Shown here: positions 28,518 through 38,228 of the stretch, piece by piece | Layout of the letters: each line of letters opens with the position of its first letter | Numbering within the stretch: the first letter of the stretch is position 1 | DNA from: an uncultured Thalassolituus sp. | Lineage (GTDB): Bacteria; Pseudomonadota; Gammaproteobacteria; Pseudomonadales; Oceanobacteraceae | NCBI RefSeq assembly: GCF_950066645.1 | Contig: NZ_CATMFB010000010.1 | Location: 95,139 to 159,138, forward strand | Direction: 5' to 3' | DNA length: 64,000 bases | Made by a program: the position numbers and the translations under genes | Notes under the pieces: generated by a model | The model's input: only the letters and a program-made list of their open reading frames with translations | Told to the model about the DNA's origin: nothing | The model's database searches: none

Positions 28518-29561
28518 TCAGAACAGGCTCAGCTGCTGCTCACTGATCTGAGGAAAGCGTCCTCCGATGCCCAGTAACCTGACGGGCTTGTCATCGCGCT
28601 GCAGGGCATCCTGCAACAGACGCCGGAACCCCTCCGGTGTTGCCTGCTCACTGACATCGGCCAATGTCGTCTGAGTAAAATCTGCAAACTTCACTTTCAC
28701 GAAAGGTGCCAGTGCTTCGGGCTGCCAGGCGGTTCGTGCAACCCGTTGGCGCCAGCGCTGGTACAGATCATTCACTTCTGCGAGACAGGCATCGTGCTGA
28801 GTCAGATCCTGAGCGTACGTTCGCTCAACGCTGACAGATTTACGGGTTCGCTCCATCACCAGAGGCCTGCTGTCGATGCCCCGGCAACGCTGAAACAGAT
28901 GCACACCACCCCGGCCGAAACGCCTGACCAGTTCTTTCAGTTCCCAGTCACGGGCCTCTGCACAGGTATTGATGCCGATTGCTGCAAGGCGTTTCTGAAA
29001 AGCAGGCCCCACGCCGGGGATTTTTCTGACCGGCAGGGCCGCCACAAAATCATCCACCTGTTCAGGCGGAATAACCATCTGCCCGTTGGGCTTATTCCAG
29101 TCACTCGCAACCTTTGCCAGAAACTTATTTGGTGCGGCACCGACGGATACGGTAATTCCCAGCTCACGGGCGACCCGCTCACGTATCTGGCGGGCAATGC
29201 GGTTGGCATGCTGCGACGGTTCTAGCTCCAGATAGGCTTCATCAACCGAAACCTGCTCCAGCAGTGGAGAATACTCACTGAGAATCTCCATGACGCTGGC
29301 AGAAACCTCCCGATACAAAGCCATGCGACCGGGAATGACCATCAGATCGGGACACAGTCGACGCGCTGAAGCGGTCGACATTGCCGAACGGACGCCGTAC
29401 TGACGGGCGGGATAGTTGCAGGTGGCAATCACACCACGGCGGTCAGACTCACCACCGATGGCCAGAGGAATGTCGCGCAGTTCAGGTCGCTCGCGCATCT
29501 CTACTGCGGCAAAGAAACAATCACAATCAATATGCAGAACTTTACGACCGGAATCACTCAT
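28518..29561 (-). CDS. dinB: DNA polymerase IV
   Basis: HIDCDCFFAAVE, TCNY.AR.YGVRSAM, VSVDEAYL, KVASDWNKPNG. Confidence 0.95.
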   Translation of the reverse strand: MSDSGRKVLHIDCDCFFAAVEMRERPELRDIPLAIGGESDRRGVIATCNYPARQYGVRSAMSTASARRLCPDLMVIPGRMALYREVSASVMEILSEYSPLLEQVSVDEAYLELEPSQHANRIARQIRERVARELGITVSVGAAPNKFLAKVASDWNKPNGQMVIPPEQVDDFVAALPVRKIPGVGPAFQKRLAAIGINTCAEARDWELKELVRRFGRGGVHLFQRCRGIDSRPLVMERTRKSVSVERTYAQDLTQHDACLAEVNDLYQRWRQRVARTAWQPEALAPFVKVKFADFTQTTLADVSEQATPEGFRRLLQDALQRDDKPVRLLGIGGRFPQISEQQLSLF

Positions 29562-29579
29562 AACCGCCACCGCCATACA

Positions 29580-29595
29580 CTGTATATAAAAACAG
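29580..29595. promoter_or_regulatory. LexA (SOS) box upstream of dinB
   Basis: CTGT-ATATAAAA-ACAG, overlapping a TATACT -10 on the minus strand (29599..29594). Confidence 0.88.
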
Positions 29596-29637
29596 TATAC
29601 TGTCATTCTACAGAAAGCAAGACGGCCAGTGCGCTTT

Positions 29638-30561
29638 TCAGTTAATGCCCATGTCCTGAGAAAGCTGGCGGATATCCTTTAAGGGAGGTGCACCGAACAA
29701 CCGGCTGTATTCCCGACTGAACTGCGACGGGCTCTCATAACCGACTTCGTAGGCCGCGCGGGAGGCATCGACCTGCCCGGCGAGCATCAGCCGGCGCGCC
29801 TCGTTGAGACGTATTTTCTTCTGGAACTGCAACGGCGACATCGCCGTCATTGCGCGGAAATGACTGTGAAAAGAAGACACACTCATGCCCGCGTGCTGCG
29901 CCAGCTCTTCGACTTTTACCGGCCGGCTGAAATTCGCTTTCAGCCAGTCGACCACTTTTGAAATCTGATAACTGTGATTACCGCTGGTGACCAGATTCCG
30001 CAGGCGTGGCCCCTGATCACTCTGCAGTAAGCGATAGTAGATTTCCTGCTTAATCAGGGGGGCAAGTGCGGCTATGTCCTGTGGCTGCTCAAGTAACGAC
30101 AGCAACCGCGTGAAGGCTCCCTTCAGGGGCTCCGTCAGTTGACCGACCGCTACACCGCGTTTATCTCCGGGCGTCACACTGTCCAACGGAGGATGATCGA
30201 CCATCAGCTGCGAGATCACCCGAAGGTCCAGCTCCATTGTAAGACTGACGAAAGGCCGCTCTTCGCTGGCCTCCAGAATCTGGGACACCACCGGCAATTC
30301 GAGTGAGGTAATCAGAAAATGATCGGCGTCGTACACAAACGCCTCTTCGCCCAGAAACAGTCGTTTACTCCCTTGCCCGATCAGACAGATACTTGGCGCA
30401 AGCATGTAACTGACAGGCGCCGTTGGTTGCGTCCAGCGATGCAGGCTGAGTCCCTCAACGTCAGTGTCGAGGTGGAACTTCTGTTCAATCCGGGAAGCAA
30501 TCAACCCGGCCAGTGAGTTGCCGGCGTCGTGTTTTCTGGAGGATACATCAGTCATTTTCAA
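29638..30561 (-). CDS. AraC family regulator (YqhC-like)
   Basis: PSICLIGQGSK, MSPLQFQKKIRLNEARRLM, VGYESPSQFSREYSRLFGAPP. Confidence 0.9.
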   Translation of the reverse strand: MKMTDVSSRKHDAGNSLAGLIASRIEQKFHLDTDVEGLSLHRWTQPTAPVSYMLAPSICLIGQGSKRLFLGEEAFVYDADHFLITSLELPVVSQILEASEERPFVSLTMELDLRVISQLMVDHPPLDSVTPGDKRGVAVGQLTEPLKGAFTRLLSLLEQPQDIAALAPLIKQEIYYRLLQSDQGPRLRNLVTSGNHSYQISKVVDWLKANFSRPVKVEELAQHAGMSVSSFHSHFRAMTAMSPLQFQKKIRLNEARRLMLAGQVDASRAAYEVGYESPSQFSREYSRLFGAPPLKDIRQLSQDMGIN

Positions 30562-30643
30562 TCAGTACCAATAGCAACAGGGAAGCCTCTCAGATGATAG
30601 CACCGGGTGTCCGGCAGGCGAACCTGTGTATCCACAGTTTTGT

Positions 30644-30678
30644 AGAATCAGGCAAGAATGACCTATGATCCAGCAAGA
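30644..30678 (+). promoter_or_regulatory. Tandem direct repeat, candidate operator of the YqhC-like regulator
   Basis: AGAATCAGGCAAGA and ATGATCCAGCAAGA, 21 bp apart. Confidence 0.45.
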
Positions 30679-30738
30679 GACTGGCCAGTCTCGCCTGTGC
30701 CCTGTTAACCTGCCTTCTACTCCATCAGGTTCGCTACT

Positions 30739-31260
30739 ATGTTCGTTTTACGGCCCCTTCTGGTTCTGCTTTTTCTGATACTGTCTGGTTGCGCATCATA
30801 TTCATCGCTTCCCGACAGCTACCGCAGTGCGCAGATGCCGGCCGCCAGCGGCCAGATGCCCCGCCAGGATTATCCGGACGGCGACAGCAACATACTCAGT
30901 CTGCTATACGGGCAGTATCAGGAATGGCAGGGCACTCCCTACCGCTGGGGTGGAGAAACCCGGGGTGGCATCGACTGCTCTGGACTGGTGCAGGTGACGT
31001 ACCGCGACCTGTTTGGTGTGAGTCTGCCCCGCTCAACCGCCCAACAGGTCCACGCGGGCGACTTTGTCTCCCGCGATCAGTTACAACCGGGCGACCTGAT
31101 CTTTTTCCGCACAGGCTTTGATAACCGCCATGTTGGCATATACATGGAAGGCGAGCGCTTTATGCATGCTTCAGCGAATGGCGGTGTGATGATTTCTGAT
31201 CTTAATGATCCGTACTGGCGCCAGCATTACTGGAAAGCCAAACGCATTCCCTCTGAGTGA
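30739..31260 (+). CDS. NlpC/P60 family lipoprotein endopeptidase
   Basis: Lipobox LSGC; GTPYRWGG, IDCSG, HVGIY, FMHAS. Confidence 0.92.
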   Translation: MFVLRPLLVLLFLILSGCASYSSLPDSYRSAQMPAASGQMPRQDYPDGDSNILSLLYGQYQEWQGTPYRWGGETRGGIDCSGLVQVTYRDLFGVSLPRSTAQQVHAGDFVSRDQLQPGDLIFFRTGFDNRHVGIYMEGERFMHASANGGVMISDLNDPYWRQHYWKAKRIPSE

Positions 31261-31261
31261 C

Positions 31262-31836
31262 TCAGTTTACATCGACCTGAATCGCCTTGTACGCGAGCAT
31301 TGAGCCGTCCTACTGCTGTTCCACCGCAAACTGGTAATCCTCATAACCGTCTGACGGAAACACGGTATCCCGGCTGTTCGTAGTATCTTTTGACTGCCCG
31401 GTGTAGTCCGAGTGGTTCTCATAGATGTCGTTGCAGAGATCGTCGTCAAAGCAGAATTGCGACACCAGCTGCTGAGTTCCGGCCAGCACAATCCGGAAAT
31501 GAATATGCGTCGTACGGCTGGGATACCAGCCCGGGAAACACGCCTTAAAGTACACGTTGCCATCGCTGTCGGTGGTTTTAATGCCCCGGAACCAGCGCGC
31601 AGCCAGAGCCTCACTGTCGTTGTCTGTACAGAACGACGTGCTGAACCGGCTTGCCGAGCCGGTACTGTCGGAATTATCCCCCGAATAAAGCCCTTCTGCG
31701 TTACACCACCAGACTTCAATCTGCGCGTTCTCTATCGGCTGGCAATTGTTATCCACCAGCTTCAGCGCCAGCGTCATGGGCACCCCATTCTCCGGATCAG
31801 GGCACGACGGGTTGCTGATATGCACAAATCTTTCAT
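31262..31836 (-). pseudogene. Decayed Tat-exported intradiol ring-cleavage dioxygenase-like gene
   Basis: GGAGGAG RBS + MKDLCISATRRALIRRMG in one frame joins GVPMTLAL...WFRG...FPGWYPSRTTHIH in another frame; in-frame TAG at 31310-31312 followed by DGSMLAYKAIQVDVN*. Confidence 0.8.
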
Positions 31837-31996
31837 CTTTCTGTTCTCCTCCACCAGACCGCAACAGGCTAAAGCGGAAATGCACAGGAAATATCAACCC
31901 AGCGTTAGGATTTTGCAAAGACCCTGCCCCCTGCGGCCGTGGCTCACACCCGCGCTTTCTGATACCTTTTGCCGCCAGATAATAAAGGAGCCACGC

Positions 31997-32350
31997 ATGA
32001 CTGATTTTCATACCGCCAAAGACGCATTTTTTACTTCTGTTGCCAGCGACGAGCATGTGTTTTCTGACACTCTGGCATTTATTGAAACCTGGTATGACTT
32101 CACCCCAACAGGCTTTAATAACGGGGGTGTTGTGAATGCTGCGGATCAGAATCAGGGCAGCGCAAAAGTGTTTGCCCTGGGCCAGCTGCTCCAGCTGGAT
32201 AAAGACACCACGTTGCGCCTGTTTGGTGAGCACTACCGTGATGTCGTGGCAACGCCTGACGTCGACAACCATCACAACCTGCGCCGTGTATTACGCGAGG
32301 GTACCAGCAACATTACGTTCGATCAGTTCCCGCTGAAGGCAAAAGCATGA
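31997..32350 (+). CDS. HopJ-domain protein
   Basis: AAGGAG RBS; YDFTPTGFNNG, NQGSAKVF, FGEHYRDV, HHNLR. Confidence 0.85.
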   Translation: MTDFHTAKDAFFTSVASDEHVFSDTLAFIETWYDFTPTGFNNGGVVNAADQNQGSAKVFALGQLLQLDKDTTLRLFGEHYRDVVATPDVDNHHNLRRVLREGTSNITFDQFPLKAKA

Positions 32351-32856
32351 ACCGCCTGACGAACAGCTGGGCTGTTTCGACCTGGGCACAGCGGGTCGGA
32401 CTGTTACTGGCGATCGCCAGCTATATCATTCTCTGGCCTGGGATTACCGAGCCTATCATGACCATCAAAGCCTCAATGAGCATGTTTGGCATGAAGGCAG
32501 AGCTGTTCAATGAGACGCGTTCCATCTGGGAAACCGTCGTCACCCTGAACAAACAGGGCTACGCGCTGGTTGCATTTCTCATTGTCACCTTCAGTGTGGT
32601 GATCCCGGTGCTGAAAGGGCTGATGATTCTGTTTACCTGGCTCTGGCCGACGGAGCTGCGCTGGAAGATAGTTGCAGCCGTCAGCAAGTGGTCGATGGTC
32701 GACGTTTTTGTCGTCGGTATTCTGGTGGCTTTCCTGACCGCCAAAGCGACTGCTGAGTTGCAGGCGAGCCTGCTCGAAGGCTTCTGGTGGTTCCTCGGCT
32801 TCTGCCTTCTGTCCATTATTTCCGGGCAGCTGCTGGCAGCCACCCGACGCACCTGA
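32347..32856 (+). CDS. Paraquat-inducible protein A (PqiA)-like membrane protein
   Basis: FSVVIPVLK, SKWSMVDVFVVGI; ATGA overlap with hopJ. Confidence 0.85.
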   Translation: MNRLTNSWAVSTWAQRVGLLLAIASYIILWPGITEPIMTIKASMSMFGMKAELFNETRSIWETVVTLNKQGYALVAFLIVTFSVVIPVLKGLMILFTWLWPTELRWKIVAAVSKWSMVDVFVVGILVAFLTAKATAELQASLLEGFWWFLGFCLLSIISGQLLAATRRT

Positions 32857-32900
32857 GTGGTCTATACTGGGGGCTGTTTCCGCACAGAGGAAGGCCCCCG

Positions 32901-33239
32901 GTGACCGATATCGCGCTTCATCATATTCTCCTGAAAAGCCCATTACTGGCAGAAGATATTCTGAATGAACTCAGTCTGGGTGCCCGTTTTGAAGATCTCG
33001 CCAATGAGCACTCTGCCTGCCCATCCGGCAAACAGCAGGGCTTTGCCGGATTCCACGATGGCGACCGCCTGCCACCTGAGCTTTATCAGGCGCTGCTGGA
33101 TTACGACGGTACATCCCCGTGGATTGGCCCGGTGCGGACCCGCTATGGCTATCATGTAATCCGGCCAGCAGGTCAGATTGGCGAAAACCGGGTCCGGATC
33201 GATGATCCTGACGCCGTCAGCTCTGAGTCAGAACACTGA
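32901..33239 (+). CDS. ppiC: Parvulin-type peptidyl-prolyl isomerase
   Basis: HHILLK, FEDLANEHSACPSG, GPVRTRYGYHVI; GTG start after GAGGAAGG. Confidence 0.8.
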   Translation: MTDIALHHILLKSPLLAEDILNELSLGARFEDLANEHSACPSGKQQGFAGFHDGDRLPPELYQALLDYDGTSPWIGPVRTRYGYHVIRPAGQIGENRVRIDDPDAVSSESEH

Positions 33240-33573
33240 GCAAGGCAGCATCGGCGGACGCAGCACCATAGACGGTTCTGACAAGCGACATCTCGCCCCA
33301 GCAGATAAATTCCAGCCGTGGCAGGCGAATCTGCCATTGCGGCACGCCCTGATGATCCGCCAGCTGAGTAATACCGTCCGCTTCGCCTTCAGCCGCTTCC
33401 GTCCAGTCAAAGTCAAACTCTGACGTCAGCCGGCAGACAGCGAACGTTCGTGGTGCCGACAGGAAATCCCGTGCAACTTCATACACCAGCCAGTGTGGCG
33501 ACATATCGTCGCCACGACTGATGAGAAAACAGTTATCGGCCTGCGCCTGAGTGTCTGCCTCCGGAAAGCTCAT
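33217..33573 (-). CDS. Hypothetical protein
   Basis: ATG 33573 overlaps the upstream peptidase stop. Confidence 0.55.
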   Translation of the reverse strand: MSFPEADTQAQADNCFLISRGDDMSPHWLVYEVARDFLSAPRTFAVCRLTSEFDFDWTEAAEGEADGITQLADHQGVPQWQIRLPRLEFICWGEMSLVRTVYGAASADAALLSVLTQS

Positions 33574-34631
33574 ACCGGCGACCCGATACCGGACAGACGA
33601 CAGAGCACCCGAAGAAATGCTTCGCACGCAAACACCGATGCTGACTCATTCATGGTGTGGTACCCAGTGGTCGGAATCTGCAGTGTCGTACCGTCCACCA
33701 GGCCACCAGACGACGCTGTAATACGTCCCATTTCGGTGGAACCCAGCGACTTGGGCGGCAAGCCCTGTGCGGCAAGCTTCTGGTTCTCAGCCTGAATGTA
33801 GTCATCCTTAAACTGGTAACTGATGCCCAGCTCATCGCAGGTATCGGCCAGCTGCTGAGTCATTGCCGGGTTAAACGCCGCGTTAGCATCACGATGACGC
33901 AGCACCAGAGTCTGCGCACGCGCCGCTGCAGTGTCGGGGAAAGGACTGGTATCCACCACCACCAGCTGGTTGGTTGAACCACCAAAACGACGGAACCACT
34001 CCAGCAGGTAACGCCAGCTCCGCCCGGCTTCCTCCTGAGCGGTAAAAAATGCAGTGCCCTGAAAGCCCAGTTCGAACAGATATACCAACATGGCCGCCGT
34101 CAGTACGTTATCCAGCTGACCGGTAAGGCTGTCTTCAGTAATTCTCAGATCGTCATGAAACGCCACCGGCGTGCCTGCCACCAGATGACTCATGCCATCC
34201 AGCTCAAAAATCAGGTTGTTACGGTACGGACAGACGTAGGTATTGCGTATACGACCACGACCACGATAAGCGCCAGACCAGGGCTCATAGGCGTACACAC
34301 TCTCGTCACCGAAACGATCGACGATCATTTTCATCAGTTCTTCAGAAACTGAGTTACCCAACAGGTCTGAACGTCCGCCAGAGACGAACGCCGCATACTG
34401 AAACTCATCCGGCCCGGTACAGACCAGACCATGACGGTCGATGTGGGCCGAGAACATAATGGAATCGGGCTGATTGCCCTGAGCCACCAGTAAGCCTTCA
34501 TACCAGGTGACATTGGCACCGCGCTCTTCCAGCTCACGCTGAAGGACACGGAAGAAAGAATGCTCTGCGCCTACCACAGACGGGCTGCGCACTAATATTT
34601 TGAGAATATCCTGAAATGACTCGCCGAGCAC
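33570..34631 (-). CDS. M42/M28-like zinc peptidase
   Basis: FSAHIDRHG, GQLDN, AQEEAG, C-terminal GYHT; GTG start after GGAGG. Confidence 0.8.
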   Translation of the reverse strand: MLGESFQDILKILVRSPSVVGAEHSFFRVLQRELEERGANVTWYEGLLVAQGNQPDSIMFSAHIDRHGLVCTGPDEFQYAAFVSGGRSDLLGNSVSEELMKMIVDRFGDESVYAYEPWSGAYRGRGRIRNTYVCPYRNNLIFELDGMSHLVAGTPVAFHDDLRITEDSLTGQLDNVLTAAMLVYLFELGFQGTAFFTAQEEAGRSWRYLLEWFRRFGGSTNQLVVVDTSPFPDTAAARAQTLVLRHRDANAAFNPAMTQQLADTCDELGISYQFKDDYIQAENQKLAAQGLPPKSLGSTEMGRITASSGGLVDGTTLQIPTTGYHTMNESASVFACEAFLRVLCRLSGIGSPV

Positions 34632-34660
34632 CGGCCCCACCTCCAAAAAACAACCGGGGC

Positions 34661-34849
34661 TTACTGCCCCGGTTCAGCATCACTGTAGTCTATATCCATT
34701 CCCAGAAGTTCACGTATCCGTGACTGTTCGAGTATACGTTCTGCACGACGACGCTTCTTGTCGTAGTCCATGCTGCGCCCCTGGGGTTTGCGCTCTGGCC
34801 AGCCTTGATCGTCTGACCAGTTATCATCGTCAAAACCGTGTTTTTTCAC
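34661..34849 (-). CDS. Small acidic/basic protein (PA3496-like)
   Basis: GGAGG RBS + GTG; KKRRRAERILEQSRIRELLG. Confidence 0.55.
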   Translation of the reverse strand: MKKHGFDDDNWSDDQGWPERKPQGRSMDYDKKRRRAERILEQSRIRELLGMDIDYSDAEPGQ

Positions 34850-34987
34850 AGAGCCTCCGCGAAGTAAAGACACTTGTAAGACAGGCGCATAGTTTCACCT
34901 CAAAATGCAGGGGTAAAACGAAATAATTTTATCTACGGGATAAGCAAATATTCTGGCCCCCCCCCATGATGGGTGATAGGATGCTCA

Positions 34988-35092
34988 GACTCTTGGGGGA
35001 GTAATCTGCCTTCCGGTGTCTGTATCAACATAATTGAACCTCATTGTTCATGGTGCAGGCGTCCCGCACGCGGGATTGATGAGACCTGAGAC
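34988..35092 (+). ncRNA. yybP-ykoY manganese riboswitch
   Basis: GGGGAGTA...TCAACATA...TGG...GAGACC signature upstream of a UPF0016 transporter. Confidence 0.8.
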
Positions 35093-35159
35093 ACGACTGC
35101 AGTCGCTGGGCGATGCTGCAGGCGTGTCTTATGGAAACCATCATCGCCCGGTACTTTTT

Positions 35160-35756
35160 ATGTCTGACTTTTCATTTCTGAGCGATTCACCCTTCGTTGC
35201 CTCTACACTGGCTGTCACCCTGGCAGAAATCGGCGATAAGACCCAGTTGTTATCTCTGCTACTGATCGCACGCTTCCGCAATCGAACGGCCATCATTGCC
35301 GGTATTCTGCTGGCGACGCTGATCAATCATGGTCTGTCGGCCTGGGGCGGGCTGTGGCTGGGCCAGACCATGGATACGTTTTTCAGCAGTGATACTGCCA
35401 GCTGGATTCTGGTCGCGTCCTTTCTGCTGATGGCCGGTTGGGTGCTGATCCCCGATAAAGAAGATGATGGCACATCGGAATACGGTCAGTGGGGCGCATT
35501 TATCGCCACCACACTGCTCTTTTTTCTGGCAGAAATCGGCGACAAAACCCAGGTAGCAACTGTATTACTGGCCGCTGAATTTCAGGACGTACTCTGGGTC
35601 ACGGCAGGAACAACCCTGGGCATGATGCTGGCCAACGTGCCTGTCATCCTCTGGGGCAATGCACTGATGCAACGGCTGCCACTGACGCTGGCGCGCTACA
35701 TTACCTGCGCGATATTTCTGGCACTCGCGGCCTGGGTTGCTGCGGGTCTGCTGTAA
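35160..35756 (+). CDS. TMEM165/GDT1 (UPF0016) family Mn/Ca exporter
   Basis: Two EIGDKTQ motifs. Confidence 0.92.
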   Translation: MSDFSFLSDSPFVASTLAVTLAEIGDKTQLLSLLLIARFRNRTAIIAGILLATLINHGLSAWGGLWLGQTMDTFFSSDTASWILVASFLLMAGWVLIPDKEDDGTSEYGQWGAFIATTLLFFLAEIGDKTQVATVLLAAEFQDVLWVTAGTTLGMMLANVPVILWGNALMQRLPLTLARYITCAIFLALAAWVAAGLL

Positions 35757-35852
35757 CCAGAACAAAGGATGCTTATGGTATGGAGAAAATTATTTCTCTG
35801 TACCCCCTCACGGGTGTTGCGTACAAGGGCTCTTCGCTTTTAAGGACGCCCG

Positions 35853-36500
35853 ATGAACGCGCCAGTACTCAACCACTTTCTGATTTTTTCCCGCATCGCT
35901 GAGCGCCTGCGCTCACACGGTTATTGTGTCATCGACCAGGCATTCGATCCGGCACTGACAAACAGCCTGCAGCAGTATGCCGCAGAGCTGCAAGCTGAGG
36001 GTGATATGCAGCGGGCCGGCATCGGTCGTGGCGACGACCAGATACTGAAAAGTGATGTCCGCAAAGACCGCATTCACTGGCTGACCGCAGGCACCCCTGC
36101 AGCAGCACAATGGCTGACAACCATGGAAAGTATGCGCCTCTTCCTGAATCAGGAGCTGCTCCTTGGCCTGTTTTCTTACGAGAGCCACATTGCGCACTAC
36201 GCCCCCGGAGATTTCTATCGTAAACATCTGGATGCCTTTCGGGGCGAATCTAACCGGGTTCTCAGTACGGTGTACTATCTCAATGCCGACTGGCAGCCGG
36301 AAAACGGTGGAGAGCTGGTGATTTATGACACAGACGACCGTGAACTGGAGCGGGTCAGCCCTGCGTTTAACCGTCTGGTGATCTTTCTGTCAGAAGAGTT
36401 TCCCCATGAGGTGAAACCGGCCCTCGCAGACCGCTACAGCATCGCAGGCTGGTTCCGCCTCAATGGCTCAAACCGGGACAGAGTCGATCCTCCGCGCTGA
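35853..36500 (+). CDS. 2OG-Fe(II) oxygenase, EGLN/PHD-like prolyl hydroxylase family
   Basis: YRKHLD (HxD), VYYLN..W....[17 protein letters not shown]. Confidence 0.85.
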   Translation: MNAPVLNHFLIFSRIAERLRSHGYCVIDQAFDPALTNSLQQYAAELQAEGDMQRAGIGRGDDQILKSDVRKDRIHWLTAGTPAAAQWLTTMESMRLFLNQELLLGLFSYESHIAHYAPGDFYRKHLDAFRGESNRVLSTVYYLNADWQPENGGELVIYDTDDRELERVSPAFNRLVIFLSEEFPHEVKPALADRYSIAGWFRLNGSNRDRVDPPR

Positions 36501-36562
36501 TTACTGGCAAGGCGCTCAGGGAGAGCTATTCTTTAACGAGACATACTCCCTGGAGCCTTTTT

Positions 36563-38191
36563 ATGAACTGGTCCGATCTGAGCATTGCTCACAAGCTCCG
36601 ACTGCCTCTGATAGTCGTCGCCGTCCTTGTGATACTGCTGTCTGCTCTGCAACTCAACAGTTTCAGCCGTATTACTGAGGGTTCGAATAACATCGAAGCC
36701 GTGATAATTCCGGCCCTCGATAAAGCACTGAACGCCGACCGTGACCTGTACCAGGCCCAGATTGCTGAACGCAGTATGGCCATGGGTGGCAGTGTTGCCG
36801 ATTACGCCGAGAGCCATGCAGAAAACCTGGATCAGGTGGCCGGGCGTATCACCGCGATCACCGAAATGCAGGTCAGCGCTGACATACGCAACAACGCTCA
36901 GCGCTTTCTTACTGCGTTTAATGAATGGCGCCCGAAATCTGAAAAGCTGATCAAAAATCTGCGCAATGGCGCAACAGGCACAGCCGAAGCGACCCGCCTG
37001 AGCACCGGCCCACTGGCCGATGAATTTGAAGCCATGCGCGAAATTCTTGATACCCTGGGCGAAGGTATCGGGGCTGAGATCGCCCGCCTGCACAAAGACA
37101 ATAAAGACGTGCAGAGCAGCAGCAGCCGCGACATGCTGATCCTCTCTCTGATATCTATCGGGATTATTGTGGCCATTCTGCTGATACTGCCACCACTGAT
37201 TCTGGCGCCTGTCCGTCGCATCACTCAGTCTCTGACTGACCTGGCCAAAGGCGAAGGCGATCTGACCCGCCGTCTGCCAGTCGATGGCAGAGATGAAATC
37301 GGCCGGATGGCCTGCAGCTTTAATAGCTTTCTGGAAGGAATGCAGGGTCTGATCCGTAATATTCAGAAGGTCGCACACGACGTGTCTGAAACATCCGTCA
37401 AACTCGAGTCTGGTGTGCGCAGTACCAGTGACATTTCCACGCACTATGTCCGCGAACTTGAGCATGTTGCTAACGCAAACAATGAGATGGCGCTGGCCAT
37501 TGACGAAGTCTCCCGCTCTACCTCGGATGTCACAGATGAAGCACGCTCTGCAGACACCCGCGTCAAAGAGGTTGCCAGTCAGTTCCGGGCCGCGGTGACT
37601 GACATCACCACCCTGGCCGGTACCGTTAACGACGCCTCTCAGGTCATTCGCGAACTGGAAGCCGAAACCACCAGTATCGTCTCACTGCTTGATGTGATTA
37701 AGGGAATTGCCGAACAGACCAACCTGCTCGCACTTAATGCAGCCATTGAAGCCGCCCGCGCTGGTGAACAGGGCCGTGGTTTTGCTGTGGTTGCTGACGA
37801 AGTACGCACTCTGGCAGGTAAAACCCAGCAGGCGACCAGCGATATCAACAATATGATTGAGCGCCTTCAGTCGGGTGTGCAGAAAGCCGTTACCAGTATG
37901 CAGGGCGGTGAAGAAGCGGCAGGAAAAACCGTCGATGCAGCGCGCGACTCAGAGAAAAATATCAGTGAAATTTCTGGTGCTCTGCTACGAATCAGCGATC
38001 GGGTGCTTCAGGTGGCGACTGCCATTGAAGAGCAGACCAGTGTGATTAACGGCATCAATCACAATCTGGAAGAAGCACGTCAGATGAGTAAGAAAGGAAT
38101 GCAGGGAACTGAGGCTCTCGTGGACTCAGTCGGAAATCTGAACCGCGCTTCCAACGTCATGCAGGAAAGCATCGCCAACTTCCGGGTATAA
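36563..38191 (+). CDS. Methyl-accepting chemotaxis protein
   Basis: 2 TM, HAMP (GDLTRRL...DEIG), [34 protein letters not shown]. Confidence 0.95.
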   Translation: MNWSDLSIAHKLRLPLIVVAVLVILLSALQLNSFSRITEGSNNIEAVIIPALDKALNADRDLYQAQIAERSMAMGGSVADYAESHAENLDQVAGRITAITEMQVSADIRNNAQRFLTAFNEWRPKSEKLIKNLRNGATGTAEATRLSTGPLADEFEAMREILDTLGEGIGAEIARLHKDNKDVQSSSSRDMLILSLISIGIIVAILLILPPLILAPVRRITQSLTDLAKGEGDLTRRLPVDGRDEIGRMACSFNSFLEGMQGLIRNIQKVAHDVSETSVKLESGVRSTSDISTHYVRELEHVANANNEMALAIDEVSRSTSDVTDEARSADTRVKEVASQFRAAVTDITTLAGTVNDASQVIRELEAETTSIVSLLDVIKGIAEQTNLLALNAAIEAARAGEQGRGFAVVADEVRTLAGKTQQATSDINNMIERLQSGVQKAVTSMQGGEEAAGKTVDAARDSEKNISEISGALLRISDRVLQVATAIEEQTSVINGINHNLEEARQMSKKGMQGTEALVDSVGNLNRASNVMQESIANFRV

Positions 38192-38196
38192 CACTG

Positions 38197-38223
38197 TTCC
38201 GCGCCAGCATCGCTGGCGCGGAA
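38197..38223. terminator. Perfect 12-bp hairpin between convergent genes
   Basis: TTCCGCGCCAGC-ATC-GCTGGCGCGGAA. Confidence 0.6.
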
Positions 38224-38228
38224 TCGCT

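Noticed and set aside
29600-29613. Second LexA site CTGTCATTCTACAG
   Set aside because: Spacer is 6 nt rather than 8
30626-30636. DnaA box-like GTATCCACA
   Set aside because: Single 8/9 match with no cluster or oriC context
31997-32350. HopJ domain as evidence of a type III secretion system
   Set aside because: HopJ-domain proteins are widespread in non-T3SS bacteria, and no injectisome genes are present here
31310-32350. Long overlapping ORFs 31310..32275(-) and 31412..32350(+) as full genes
   Set aside because: Their extensions are antisense shadows; the real units are the pseudogene (to 31836) and hopJ from ATG 31997
26674-38223. REP-like repeat family from the perfect hairpins at 26674, 30677 and 38197
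   Set aside because: The sequences are unrelated to one another; treated as individual terminators or palindromes
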